Shown: positions 26,898 to 36,925 of the stretch, piece by piece | Layout: each line of letters begins with the position of its first letter | How positions within the stretch are numbered: the stretch's first letter is position 1 | NCBI GenBank assembly: GCA_009887135.1 | Contig: QXYA01000112.1 | Location: 1 to 58,627 of the forward strand | DNA from: Candidatus Poseidoniales archaeon | GTDB taxonomy: Archaea > Thermoplasmatota > Poseidoniia > Poseidoniales > Poseidoniaceae | Reading direction: 5' to 3' | Length of the DNA: 58,627 bases | The notes under the pieces: model-generated | The model's input: the letters and a program-made list of their open reading frames with translations, nothing else | What the model was told of the DNA's origin: nothing | Databases searched by the model: none | Program-made: the position numbers and the translations under genes

Positions 26898-27983
26898 TCA
26901 AAAAGACAAGTCGAATGCTCCATTATCATAGATTTGACCAGCATCGATAGCAGAAAGGAGCTTTCCCAGTCGGGATTTAACCGCATTTCTGGTTTTGTCA
27001 GCAGCACCAGCTATTGCGGTCAATCTGTTCTCTGCGACACTGAACTTCATACATGTTATTTGGAAAAGCATTGAACACAAAATTCGAGCAGGAACATTTG
27101 GTACAGGAGAGTCCCCGATGGTTGGTTCACCTAACTTGAAGAGTCTTTGATTCAAATCCTCCATAAGTTCGTCCTGAACTCCCTTCTCCAAATCAGCAAC
27201 CACATTTCGTAATCGTTGTTTCATGATTCTGATTTCTTCTGCTCTATTTGCAAGGGCCAATTCTCTTCTGTCCTTTGCAGGAGCGATGAGTTTCTTACCA
27301 TCCATCTCGACCTTTTCGCAGATTGAAAAGTACTTCTCGATGATCTTAGAGGCATCGATAACTTGTTTCATTGAAATTCCAGTATTCTCCAGCATAGCAG
27401 CCCAGTCAATACTCATTCCACCCCATCTTCCTTGGTAAACACGAAGGCAACCAAGTGCCAACAATTTCTCATTGTGGTGGGTATCTGCTCCTCTGGTTTT
27501 CATTCGACAAACAGAGTTCTTTGGAAGAATAACCTCTTCGTCTCCGGCGACTTCCTTCATGTTTGCCAAAACGGCCTCATCTTCGATAGGAAGTGTGGCA
27601 CGCGTTATGGCTTCCTTGGCTTTCATAGCATTCTCAGTCCCACTGAGTCTGACAGCAGCATCCATTGTGGCTTGGACCATCGGATGACAATCTTTAGCAT
27701 CGCGAGAGCTGATGTTGCGTAGAATCTTCCACTTGCCCTTTGCCTCTTTTTGAGTTCCAATATAGGATCCCAAACCGTTGCCCTTATTACCGGTCTTGAT
27801 TTTGGTAACTCTGGTGGTTGGAGTGTTGAATCCGTTTTCTCCCCAGATGGCACTACCATTGTCGTTTTGGTTGTTGGAGACTTGGTGTTCAGCCACCAGC
27901 CCACATTCATTGCAAACGAGTTCTCCTCGTGCAATGTTCATTTTCATGTCGTTACTTCCGCATTCTTCGCATTTTTCAGTCAT
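26898..27983 (-). CDS. tfb: Divergent TFIIB/TFB-like transcription factor
   Basis: The N-terminal zinc ribbon is CEECGSNDMKMNIARGELVCNECG. The C-terminal AENRLTAIAGAADKTRNAVKSRLGKLL resembles the last HTH of TFB cyclin repeat 2 (TQxEVAxxAGVTEVTIRNRYKEL). The central region is poorly conserved and longer than in canonical TFB. Confidence 0.6.
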   Translation of the reverse strand: MTEKCEECGSNDMKMNIARGELVCNECGLVAEHQVSNNQNDNGSAIWGENGFNTPTTRVTKIKTGNKGNGLGSYIGTQKEAKGKWKILRNISSRDAKDCHPMVQATMDAAVRLSGTENAMKAKEAITRATLPIEDEAVLANMKEVAGDEEVILPKNSVCRMKTRGADTHHNEKLLALGCLRVYQGRWGGMSIDWAAMLENTGISMKQVIDASKIIEKYFSICEKVEMDGKKLIAPAKDRRELALANRAEEIRIMKQRLRNVVADLEKGVQDELMEDLNQRLFKLGEPTIGDSPVPNVPARILCSMLFQITCMKFSVAENRLTAIAGAADKTRNAVKSRLGKLLSAIDAGQIYDNGAFDLSF

Positions 27984-28277
27984 TATATCGCCTTCTTCTT
28001 CCTTTTCCTAGTAACATGATTGCCGCAAACAAACCCGTTGATTAGGCTATATGGGAGCAAATCGGTTAGCAGGATTATATCTATATCCGGCGAACTATTT
28101 AAACCCATGTATTCTTGATGGCATTTAGAGTAAACATGAATTATTCTTGTTTCGAAATCATATGCTCTGGCCAAATAAAAAATCAACTTGATTTTCCCCT
28201 GACGAATAAAAAATAACAAAATGAAGTGAGTTTCCTTTTATACCCTCGTGATTCTTGTAGAGAACTGGGGGAGAAAG

Positions 28278-31200
28278 ATGATACAGAACGTTACTGTTGA
28301 AGCATGCTCTCCTTCTACTGTTGTGCCGCAATGGCTTCTACAACATTTAGAGGATGGCTCTAGCGATATCTTGATCATCTATCCCAATGAAACTGTTCGA
28401 GAGAATGTCATGAAGCGCATTAGTCTCGCCAGAGGAGCCATTGATTCCAGCCGCCACACAACACTAAATCGCCTCTGTACATCCTTGCAAATGGACTTCC
28501 GGTTTCCAGTAATAATTCCGAGATCTACAGTTGGTATCGTTCAAGTCCACAAGAAATTTTCAGATGCCGCTTCTGAATTTAGATTCCCACGAATGCATCC
28601 AGATGCATCAAGGACATGGTCACTATCCAAGACTGAACGATTGCTCCAACTCCATCGGTTCTCTACAATGCATGGCATTCTTAGAAAATGGGACGATGAT
28701 CCAGGAGTATCCGAGGCTGACCGCCTTCTTTCCACTTTCAGGGAAGTCAATCTTCTTCATGAACATCAAGTTATGGAAGAGTTAACAAACGCTCTTTTGC
28801 AAACTGATACGCAGACTCCATATTCATTATCAGCGGTAGAGGGGATTATTTTACTCAACCATCCTCCAGATTTCCAGAGTAACGAAAAACAATTTTTTAC
28901 CGCTTTAGCAACAAGGATTCCAATCCATCACCTTTGCGTACAAGGATCCTTCCGACTGGGATTACATGGTGCCTATATTGATGATGAAATCCAATATGTC
29001 AAATCCAAAGAGGAATTGCCTGATTGGGTTCCAGAACATCCTCTCATAACCTCACTTGAAGATATAAATAGAACAGAAGGAATCCATCTTGTATCCTTTG
29101 ATCAGGCTCCCCAAGTTCTTGATGCAGCTCTATCTGCTATCCGCCTTTATCGACAACATTACGCTGGTAAGATACTGGTTATCGATGCAGATCAAAATCG
29201 AAGAAGTGTTTGGAAGCGTAGACTTCAACAAATTGGCTTGGATTGTGACGCAGGTTCCGAAACAGTCGGTTCGACTTCGGCAGTTCAAGCAGTCCTTCGT
29301 TTCCTTTCAATCGCCGAAGGCCAAGACGCTTGGTCTGGGAATAAGTTGTTTGACATCATACAATCTCAAGCATTTCCGATTATTGAAAATCTCTTTTCGA
29401 ATCTCTCTCACCCGATAAATAAACATTGGAAGCCACAACCTAATCTCGATGTGCTGGAAAATATAGGGAGAAGTTTCCATGTCATCGGTGGTAATGGAGC
29501 ACTTTTCCGGTGGCTTGGTTCGTTATCAGTCGCTACTCCAACATCTTCTGAACCTTATCGAAGAAAAGCAGAAGAACAGGCCATTGAAGAAACAAGGTGG
29601 TGGCTCTATTCACTTGCCCGCGTCTGGGCTCCATTCCTAGATTCTGAAACACAATCGTTCATACAGCAACCACTGATTGGGAATTCAAGCGAGGTGGAAC
29701 TCCCATTACCTGAGATAAATTCACATCACAGAGAGGTCCTAGCCGATATTCTAGAGGCATGTGAATGGGGGCAACTTTTCAGCCGCACATCAACCTATGA
29801 TAGCTCGATTGGAGGGCTACAATCATGGATTCAAACAATTGACTCGATTACGCAATATGAGGCAACTGTAGATTTTATTGATATTTGCAAACTATCAGCA
29901 AACCAAACCAAACTTCCTCCAAACAGAGTTCGACACTCTGATGTGCAGATATGTATGCCAGAGCAAGCATATGGATCGCACGCCGATATTGTTCTCTTCG
30001 TTGGTATAGATTCAGAATCTTGGTCAATGAAACCTCCCCGTGTGCCATGGATAGATGATGCTGTAAGAGTGCAACTTGGTTTGAATGATTCCGATCATCC
30101 AATTCGCCGAGGACGACACGTATTCAAATCATTATTATCGACATGTAATTCTGCGATATTATTCGATACTAAACACGATGATTCTGCTGGAAACTCAACA
30201 CCTGTTGCAGAATATTTAGCAGAGATTGAACTTGCTGGAAAACTATCGCATCTGGCGGCTCCTCCAGATTTTCTCGTCAATTCTGTTTCTTCAGGTGCTG
30301 GCTGGTCATTCATAACTCGAGAGGACGGAAACTGGCTAACCTACAAGAGTTCAGCTTTGATATTACAAGGAAGTAAGGTCGAACTTTTGCGCGCAGAAAA
30401 CCTACCTCGAGACCGACGACAGCGAACTGGCCTCGCGTTAAAATCAGGAGGAACTCCTGAGGTGAACATCCAAACCCCAATTTCTCTTACAATCGGGGCT
30501 GAGAAGCAACTGAACCTCGATCGTTACCGCAGGCAACCAAAATTCAAAGCCACTGAAAAAGAAGATGCGATGCCCTGGAGTTACCGAGAAAATCTTCTTT
30601 CTGCACATGACCTTGTTCTTTCACCTTCACTCGGCCAAGCCAATACAGGTGGGGGAAGAACCGTAGGACATTGGCCCCATCTTGGATACAAAAAGAACGG
30701 AAACGCCCGGGGCCCATCCATTGACCCAAGGCCACTTCCACCAACGCAGAAAATCTCAGACTCACTCTCATTGATATGGACTACAAATCAACGAAGTGAT
30801 GAAGCAAAAGTTTGGTCCACAAATCGTTTGACTCCATGGATAAACTGTCCACGATTGGCGTGGTCTGAGCAAATATTGGAAGCAAAAGAAACACAACCTG
30901 AGGTCTCAGAAGATCTTGCGCCCCTTGCTCGAGGAACTCTTGTTCACTCGATAGAAGAATACCTCCTTTCATTACTTGGAGTCAATGTTGGTGATACACC
31001 ACTTGCTGAAGGTACACCAATTCATGTTGGCCTCGACCTTCCATTGGATCAGATTTGGGAATCGCTTTTGCAGCATCTCTCTCAACTCGCTCCTTGGTTA
31101 TCAAGAACGAATGCAGTATCTGTACACCGATGCAATGACCTTGTAGGGTGCTCTCCTGAGGAATGGGCCCAATGGCTTGAAGGTGAAAATCCACCGCAAA

Positions 31201-31955
31201 TTGGCGGACGGCTTGGACAACTCTTGTTGGCTGATTTCGCTCTAAATGCCGCAGGACCAATCGCTTCAGAGTGGCCACTCGAAGTGGAGACAGGTCGTTT
31301 CATCGAACTAGAGGGGCTCGACGACCATCTTGATTCAGCCACGCTGAAGATTTATGGCCGAATTGACAGAGTTGATGCACTCGTTCTTGATGCTGATTTG
31401 AATGAAGAAGTAATCGAAAAAGGTCTTATCGGCGATTCCAAAGAGGTCATTCCACTAAATTTCAATGGCGATGGGCCTCCTGCAAAACGGTTGATTATCA
31501 TAAGAGATCTGAAAACAATCGAAGGGCCAGACCCGAAAAAGGTCGGGTTACGCCATGCTTCTGGTTTGTTCAAAGAGATTCAACTTGCATTGTATGCCCG
31601 CGCATGGGAGATTGCTCACCCAGGTGACCGCGTAATTGGTGTGGGCATTTCAGAGGTCGGGGATACGACGCGTCATTATGTTGAACTCGACCCGGCTTTT
31701 GCATTCATCCCAGAAGAAGCATATTTAGGTGAAAGAACATTCTTTTCAATGAACCACTATAGAATCCCAAGTGAGGAAAACACACCGACAAGTAACCCAT
31801 TTAGAGCCTGGATAAGTTCTCGTCTTACCACCGCAATTCGAGCAAGAGATGCAAGTGAATCAGGATGGAACCATCCAACACCAGGCAAACATTGCAGTTA
31901 TTGTTCACTTGCAAATGACTGCCCTTCTGCCCTGATCGGAGTTGATGTGAAATGA
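28278..31955 (+). CDS. addB: AddB/RexB-like helicase-nuclease subunit: degenerate helicase region plus RecB-family nuclease with a 4-Cys iron-staple
   Basis: No Walker A motif was seen. The C-terminal nuclease motifs are GRIDRVD, IIIRDLKT and QLALYARAW. The cysteines are WINC (30846..30848) and HCSYCSLANDC (31893..31922), giving C-x(n)-C-x2-C-x5-C spacing as in AddB. Start set at ATG 28278, which follows GGGGGAG (the ORF track gives GTG 28248). The stop overlaps the next gene's start (ATGA). Confidence 0.75.
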   Translation: MIQNVTVEACSPSTVVPQWLLQHLEDGSSDILIIYPNETVRENVMKRISLARGAIDSSRHTTLNRLCTSLQMDFRFPVIIPRSTVGIVQVHKKFSDAASEFRFPRMHPDASRTWSLSKTERLLQLHRFSTMHGILRKWDDDPGVSEADRLLSTFREVNLLHEHQVMEELTNALLQTDTQTPYSLSAVEGIILLNHPPDFQSNEKQFFTALATRIPIHHLCVQGSFRLGLHGAYIDDEIQYVKSKEELPDWVPEHPLITSLEDINRTEGIHLVSFDQAPQVLDAALSAIRLYRQHYAGKILVIDADQNRRSVWKRRLQQIGLDCDAGSETVGSTSAVQAVLRFLSIAEGQDAWSGNKLFDIIQSQAFPIIENLFSNLSHPINKHWKPQPNLDVLENIGRSFHVIGGNGALFRWLGSLSVATPTSSEPYRRKAEEQAIEETRWWLYSLARVWAPFLDSETQSFIQQPLIGNSSEVELPLPEINSHHREVLADILEACEWGQLFSRTSTYDSSIGGLQSWIQTIDSITQYEATVDFIDICKLSANQTKLPPNRVRHSDVQICMPEQAYGSHADIVLFVGIDSESWSMKPPRVPWIDDAVRVQLGLNDSDHPIRRGRHVFKSLLSTCNSAILFDTKHDDSAGNSTPVAEYLAEIELAGKLSHLAAPPDFLVNSVSSGAGWSFITREDGNWLTYKSSALILQGSKVELLRAENLPRDRRQRTGLALKSGGTPEVNIQTPISLTIGAEKQLNLDRYRRQPKFKATEKEDAMPWSYRENLLSAHDLVLSPSLGQANTGGGRTVGHWPHLGYKKNGNARGPSIDPRPLPPTQKISDSLSLIWTTNQRSDEAKVWSTNRLTPWINCPRLAWSEQILEAKETQPEVSEDLAPLARGTLVHSIEEYLLSLLGVNVGDTPLAEGTPIHVGLDLPLDQIWESLLQHLSQLAPWLSRTNAVSVHRCNDLVGCSPEEWAQWLEGENPPQIGGRLGQLLLADFALNAAGPIASEWPLEVETGRFIELEGLDDHLDSATLKIYGRIDRVDALVLDADLNEEVIEKGLIGDSKEVIPLNFNGDGPPAKRLIIIRDLKTIEGPDPKKVGLRHASGLFKEIQLALYARAWEIAHPGDRVIGVGISEVGDTTRHYVELDPAFAFIPEEAYLGERTFFSMNHYRIPSEENTPTSNPFRAWISSRLTTAIRARDASESGWNHPTPGKHCSYCSLANDCPSALIGVDVK

Positions 31956-34900
31956 TTCCATTTAATCGAAGTCAACGATTGGGATTAAACCTCGATCAAC
32001 ATATCGCATTGGATGCTGGAGCAGGTACTGGGAAAACAACTGTCATGGCAGAACGTTATGTTCAGCATTTACTCTCCTCAGAACAAAGAGCAACCTGCGT
32101 TTTACCTTCTCCATTACGAAATGAACCATATGGGGCAGGAAAAGTAAAGTCCGCAAAGAGAGATAGGACTCCTTTGAATGAATGGAAAGGACTCCTGCCG
32201 CAGGAGATTGTAGCCATTACCTTCACGAGAAAGGCGGCTGCAGAATTACGTTCAAGAATTCGCAGTCGAATTCAATCTCTTCGAGCAGAGCCCGTGAAGA
32301 AGACGGATCGGTTAGGAATTCATGATCCGCGTCTTCGCCATCAAGGCGATGTATCAATGCTCATGTCGTTACTCGAAGCGGCACCGATTTCGACCATTGA
32401 CTCATTCCTCGGGGAAGTTCTCGCACCACATATTGACCTTGTAGCATTACATTTGAGCAGAGATCAACTGCCAGATGAACAGGCTCCATTATTGAGAACT
32501 CAAGCTCTAAACGCTGCCTGGAGGATTCGAAATGCACGAGATGGGTTTGAGGCTGGGCTCACACAATCCTGTGAAGAGTTCATCGAAGCCCGAAATCGTC
32601 TTGCGATTCGATTGGGAGGGCAATCTTCTGCTCAAACCGTGCTCACAGGCCTGCTTGAATCTTCTCTATTTGTTGAAGAATCAAAACGAAGATTGCGGAT
32701 GCGATCGATTCGAAACGAAATGCCATGGGATGGGTCTTCGCCTCCGAACTATCTTCTGATCGAGGATATGATTCTTGAGCGCTGTGGGCATCTTATTGAT
32801 GGTGTAGTTGAAGAGGCGTATGAATACCTGAATCAGTGGGTTGAAGTATTTACAAAAGATGGACGCCATGCAATGTTGGTGAATCCAAGTGGGGCTCCAA
32901 ACGAAAACACTCGTTTTAATCAACTTTCACAATTAGCTCGCGACCCACTTCCAACAACTCCAATCTCTCGGCTTCAATGGATTCACCAAGTGATCGTATC
33001 TGCCTGTGCCCCAGGCCAAGTAAAGAATACGACCCCCACCATTTTGAAATCAGGTGGATTCCATAGTCAGACAATGGGTGGATGGCATTCAGGACTTGTC
33101 AAATGGACGAATGTTTCCTTCCCTGGAATTACCAAGAAAGAATCGAAAACAATCACGAAAGGGATTCAAGATGAGGCGAAAGAAGCAGCCACCTTACTTC
33201 GAAATAGGCTTCACAATCCAGAGGATGGGCGCCTTCTCATGATGCTTTCTCGCGCATCATATGCTCTCAATCCACAACGAACTTTCGCCTTCAGAGATGC
33301 CAACGAAAATTATGATGTTACGGACATTGGGACTTCGCCTTGCCGCGACCCACCGCAAGGCAATCTACGAGTCTCAAGAGAACTTCAGGTTGAGGTTCTG
33401 GACGATTTGTATACTGTTCATGCTGGTTGTAAAGATCTTCTTCGCCATCTCAAGGCTCAAGAAGAGGCTCATGACTTCGACGATGTCCAATTGATGGTGG
33501 GCGATTTACTACTCGTACGTTGTCCAGAAATTGTTCGGCACTATTACCCACCTCAAGCGGTTCAAGCCTTGGATGACTTAGGAGAGGAAGCTTGGACTGA
33601 TGAGCATATTCGTAGAGCGCTGCAGTTGATGCAAGGGGATGAAGAAAAACAAAACGACCTTCGAAGAAGGTACGCACTTTTACAACAGATACGAGCAAGG
33701 TATGGGGCCTTCATTATTGATGAATATCAAGATACAAATCCAGAGCATGCACGTCTTCTAGCACGACTCTGGGGGCATAGAATGGATGGTTCCGATGAAA
33801 CGCCAGACCCTCTCGGCCCTTGGGATCCAACGATCTGTATTGTTGGGGATATGAAGCAGAGCATATACCGATTTAGACAAGCAGAAGTCACAGTAATGCG
33901 TCGAATGGTTGCCTCTATTCGCCTGGCTAATCGCCTTGAAGAGCATGAACCAAGAATGGAACATATCGCTCAGCAAGGGCATGGCCGAGACCCCCGCCCA
34001 GTAGGAGCAGGGGGAGAGACCGGCTCATTCATTCAAGCCAGCGAAATGGCTTCAGACGAATCGTCAGCAACATGGGATTATGTTTCCTTTGGAATCAATG
34101 ATTTTGGAACCGCAATCGAAGACAACATAATCCTTCAACGTCAAGAAGGACACATTGAATTAACTACAAATTTCCGTACAGCACCTCGTCTACTCAACAC
34201 ACTGAACCACATTTTCGATGACACATTCTCTGAACGTCATCATCAATTTCCAGGAGACTTCCATGCCTCCGCCCAACCCCTTCATGCTGGAAGGGAAACA
34301 GATAGAGAGGGTGTGCTCGAATGGTTACTGCCCACTCAAGCACAGATCGATGCTCTTCCTTTAGATTTGGAGGTAGGATACCACTTATTCGATTCAGAAT
34401 CTGCAAATCCGAGACACCTTGAACACGAACTTATTGCTGCCAGATTGGATTCTCTTGTCAGGGGTCATGCAACGAAACTCTGGTCATCAGAAGAACAAGA
34501 TTACGTCGATATTGAGCCGGAAGAAGTCATCTCTCCTGAAGATGTGATGATTCTCGTTCACTCAAGGAAACATATTCCTGACTTGATTAAGAGATTACAA
34601 GATCGAGGTTTGCCAGTATTGGCCGATAAGCAAGGTCAGTTGTTACAACAACCTATCGTCAAACCTCTACTGTCAGTACTTACTCTTCTTGCTAAACCAT
34701 CTTCACGTTTAGCTGCACATGGGCTTGTACGTTCTCCAATTGTGGGCGCAACATCCCTTCAAATTGAAGAAATATTTGGAGAGAAAGATGTTGAGAATTA
34801 CTGGCGCCATCTCTCAACCTATTTTTCAGAAGCTCCGATCGGTCATCTCTTGTCAATACTTTCCTCACTTATTGACAAAGGAGCCCTACACGAAATTTTT

Positions 34901-36925
34901 GACGTCGTTCTAGATTATAGCGACCTTTTGACAACTTATCCCGATGAGTCCGAACGTCAAGTTGCTGAAACATGGTGTGCTTTATTGTATAAAATAGGCT
35001 CAGAATGTGGGCATGAACCAAGCGCAATGCTTGCTAAGATGAATGCCTTAGCCTCGCTTGAGAACAAAGGACCTCAAGCGACCTCTTCACCAACAAGTGG
35101 TGCCATCCAAATCATGACAATTCATGGGGCGAAGGGATTGCAGGCGCCCGTTGTTATTGTAACAGGATTGTTCGAAGCAGGTCGCCGAAGTTCAAGCAAT
35201 GATGCCCAAAAGAATGTCCTCATTACTCCTGACGTAATTGCAGGAAGAATACAACCTTGGAAATCTAAAGAGAAGCCGCTTGATGGTCTTTGGATGCTTG
35301 CTAATCAAATGAATAAGGCTCAGAACCTGGCTGAGTTGCGACGCCAATTCTATGTTGCTCTTACCAGAGTTCGTGATCGCCTTATCTTTGCAGGTTCTCC
35401 TTCAAAGACGAGTGCAATGTCAACAGAAGGCTTCATCCTGGCAACAGGAAATCTCTCTGGAAACAACATGGGGGATTTACTCTTGGACGGGCTGCGTTAC
35501 ATGGGAGTCGTATCGAATGTTGAACAGCCATGGAGTCTCGGAGGGGACGCACAAGGAGAGCGGTTGACCGATTACAAAGACATTGAACTCGTTCTCGACC
35601 CGATGGGCGTCTTTTCATCATCAGGACTTCCAACAGATTCAGTACATGGTATCAGGATTTATCATCATCCAAATTGTTTTACTCAACAAACACCTGTGTC
35701 AGTTCTAAGCGAATGGTTAGAAGTAGAATCCAATCTGAATTACCAAGTCAAAGAAGTATTGGAAAATGAAATTGTAACGATATCTCCATCCCTAAAAATG
35801 ACCGCCCACGGCCTAGATGCAGCGTATTCCTGCCGCAGACGATTCTGGCTAAATCATGTACGTGGTTGGCAAACGGAACCTTTCAACATCCAATCCAAGG
35901 CAAGGACTATTGCCAGCGAGGAGGAACTTAAGGACAGGACTGGAGGAGAAGATTATGATGGTGAATCCTATGTTGGTTGGCCTTCAGCAACGTCATTTGG
36001 TTCAATGTTCCACCGCCTCGTTGAGATTGGGCTTGCTAATCCAGCGACAATGCAATCCGAAGATTCACCACTTTCTTCCGAATGGTTGAATGGCCAAGAA
36101 AACCGCTTACTTGAAACGAAAGAAATTGATGATGCGATCACATCTGAATCTGAATGGCACAAACTTTCGTATCAAGAGCAACAGCAAACACGATCCCGAA
36201 TTATCGAACTTGCTGAGTTATTGTCGAATGGCTTGCTCGGAAAATTAACCGAAGGAAAAGAAGTAAATGGCCAATTTGTAGAAGGGTTACAAACCGAAGC
36301 CTCATTCTACTTCACGAGAGATGTAGAATTAACTGATGTTTATCGCAATCCAACCGCTGGTCTCTCTCAATCGATTGTCACTCAAATTGATAATGTAGCC
36401 ATCACCTTTGAAGGTCAGGCAGATATTGTCTTAGCAGGCAGCCAAAGGAACGAGAAATGGCTTCAAGTTGTTGATCTGAAAACCTCAGGTTCGAGAACGG
36501 ATGACTTGTCTGAACATCGCTTGCAAAAAGAAATTGAAGATTGGGATTCATCTTCGCCTCAAAATGCTGAAGAGGTTGAGATGTTACGAAACCATCGTCT
36601 CCAACTCACTCTCTATTCAATGGTGTTCCAGAAACAGGAGTCGTTCAAATCGGAAGATGAACGTCGCAATATCAAGCCACCAGCTCTCCTTATCAGTACG
36701 TCTGGAAGGCTTGTTGAAATGCCTCAGAAGATGTATGAGGAAGCACAGACTGAACTCACTTCACTCCTGGAATGGATTGCAGTGCTAACTGCAAATCAAA
36801 ATGATGTTAGCGAGCCGAAAAGGCTTCCAATGGATTCAATCGATACATGTAAGAAATGTCCGTTCTACAAAGGAGAACTTCGAATGTGTGGGCCTGACGG
36901 GACAGATTTGGGAATCAACAACTAA
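31952..36925 (+). CDS. addA: AddA/UvrD-family SF1A helicase fused to a RecB-family nuclease with four Cys
   Basis: All UvrD motifs are present: DAGAGTGKTT (I), FIIDEYQDTNPEH (II), IVGDMKQSIYRFRQAE (III), TTNFRTAPRLL (IV), IMTIHGAKGLQAPVVIV (V) and FYVALTRVRDRLIFAG (VI). The C-terminal nuclease has GQADIVL, QVVDLKTS and LQLTLYS. Cysteines occur at SCRRRFW (35831) and CKKCPFYKGELRMC (36848..36889). Confidence 0.85.
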   Translation: MIPFNRSQRLGLNLDQHIALDAGAGTGKTTVMAERYVQHLLSSEQRATCVLPSPLRNEPYGAGKVKSAKRDRTPLNEWKGLLPQEIVAITFTRKAAAELRSRIRSRIQSLRAEPVKKTDRLGIHDPRLRHQGDVSMLMSLLEAAPISTIDSFLGEVLAPHIDLVALHLSRDQLPDEQAPLLRTQALNAAWRIRNARDGFEAGLTQSCEEFIEARNRLAIRLGGQSSAQTVLTGLLESSLFVEESKRRLRMRSIRNEMPWDGSSPPNYLLIEDMILERCGHLIDGVVEEAYEYLNQWVEVFTKDGRHAMLVNPSGAPNENTRFNQLSQLARDPLPTTPISRLQWIHQVIVSACAPGQVKNTTPTILKSGGFHSQTMGGWHSGLVKWTNVSFPGITKKESKTITKGIQDEAKEAATLLRNRLHNPEDGRLLMMLSRASYALNPQRTFAFRDANENYDVTDIGTSPCRDPPQGNLRVSRELQVEVLDDLYTVHAGCKDLLRHLKAQEEAHDFDDVQLMVGDLLLVRCPEIVRHYYPPQAVQALDDLGEEAWTDEHIRRALQLMQGDEEKQNDLRRRYALLQQIRARYGAFIIDEYQDTNPEHARLLARLWGHRMDGSDETPDPLGPWDPTICIVGDMKQSIYRFRQAEVTVMRRMVASIRLANRLEEHEPRMEHIAQQGHGRDPRPVGAGGETGSFIQASEMASDESSATWDYVSFGINDFGTAIEDNIILQRQEGHIELTTNFRTAPRLLNTLNHIFDDTFSERHHQFPGDFHASAQPLHAGRETDREGVLEWLLPTQAQIDALPLDLEVGYHLFDSESANPRHLEHELIAARLDSLVRGHATKLWSSEEQDYVDIEPEEVISPEDVMILVHSRKHIPDLIKRLQDRGLPVLADKQGQLLQQPIVKPLLSVLTLLAKPSSRLAAHGLVRSPIVGATSLQIEEIFGEKDVENYWRHLSTYFSEAPIGHLLSILSSLIDKGALHEIFDVVLDYSDLLTTYPDESERQVAETWCALLYKIGSECGHEPSAMLAKMNALASLENKGPQATSSPTSGAIQIMTIHGAKGLQAPVVIVTGLFEAGRRSSSNDAQKNVLITPDVIAGRIQPWKSKEKPLDGLWMLANQMNKAQNLAELRRQFYVALTRVRDRLIFAGSPSKTSAMSTEGFILATGNLSGNNMGDLLLDGLRYMGVVSNVEQPWSLGGDAQGERLTDYKDIELVLDPMGVFSSSGLPTDSVHGIRIYHHPNCFTQQTPVSVLSEWLEVESNLNYQVKEVLENEIVTISPSLKMTAHGLDAAYSCRRRFWLNHVRGWQTEPFNIQSKARTIASEEELKDRTGGEDYDGESYVGWPSATSFGSMFHRLVEIGLANPATMQSEDSPLSSEWLNGQENRLLETKEIDDAITSESEWHKLSYQEQQQTRSRIIELAELLSNGLLGKLTEGKEVNGQFVEGLQTEASFYFTRDVELTDVYRNPTAGLSQSIVTQIDNVAITFEGQADIVLAGSQRNEKWLQVVDLKTSGSRTDDLSEHRLQKEIEDWDSSSPQNAEEVEMLRNHRLQLTLYSMVFQKQESFKSEDERRNIKPPALLISTSGRLVEMPQKMYEEAQTELTSLLEWIAVLTANQNDVSEPKRLPMDSIDTCKKCPFYKGELRMCGPDGTDLGINN

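Noticed and set aside
28096-28205. A possible C/D-box sRNA or other ncRNA in the long TFB/addB intergenic region (TGATGG ... CTGA, with a TATTTAAA box upstream).
   Set aside because: The C-box is imperfect. I found no convincing C'/D' boxes with proper guide spacing and no terminal stem. The A/T-rich strings are adequately explained as the two divergent promoters.
28278-36925. The helicase-nuclease pair read as a phage-defence module (Gabija, Hachiman or other UvrD+nuclease types).
   Set aside because: The sizes, the full UvrD motif set, the inactive-helicase partner, the RecB nuclease on each subunit and the AddB-type Cys spacing fit AddAB/AdnAB end-processing enzymes better. No other defence genes flank the pair. 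A defence role cannot be formally excluded.
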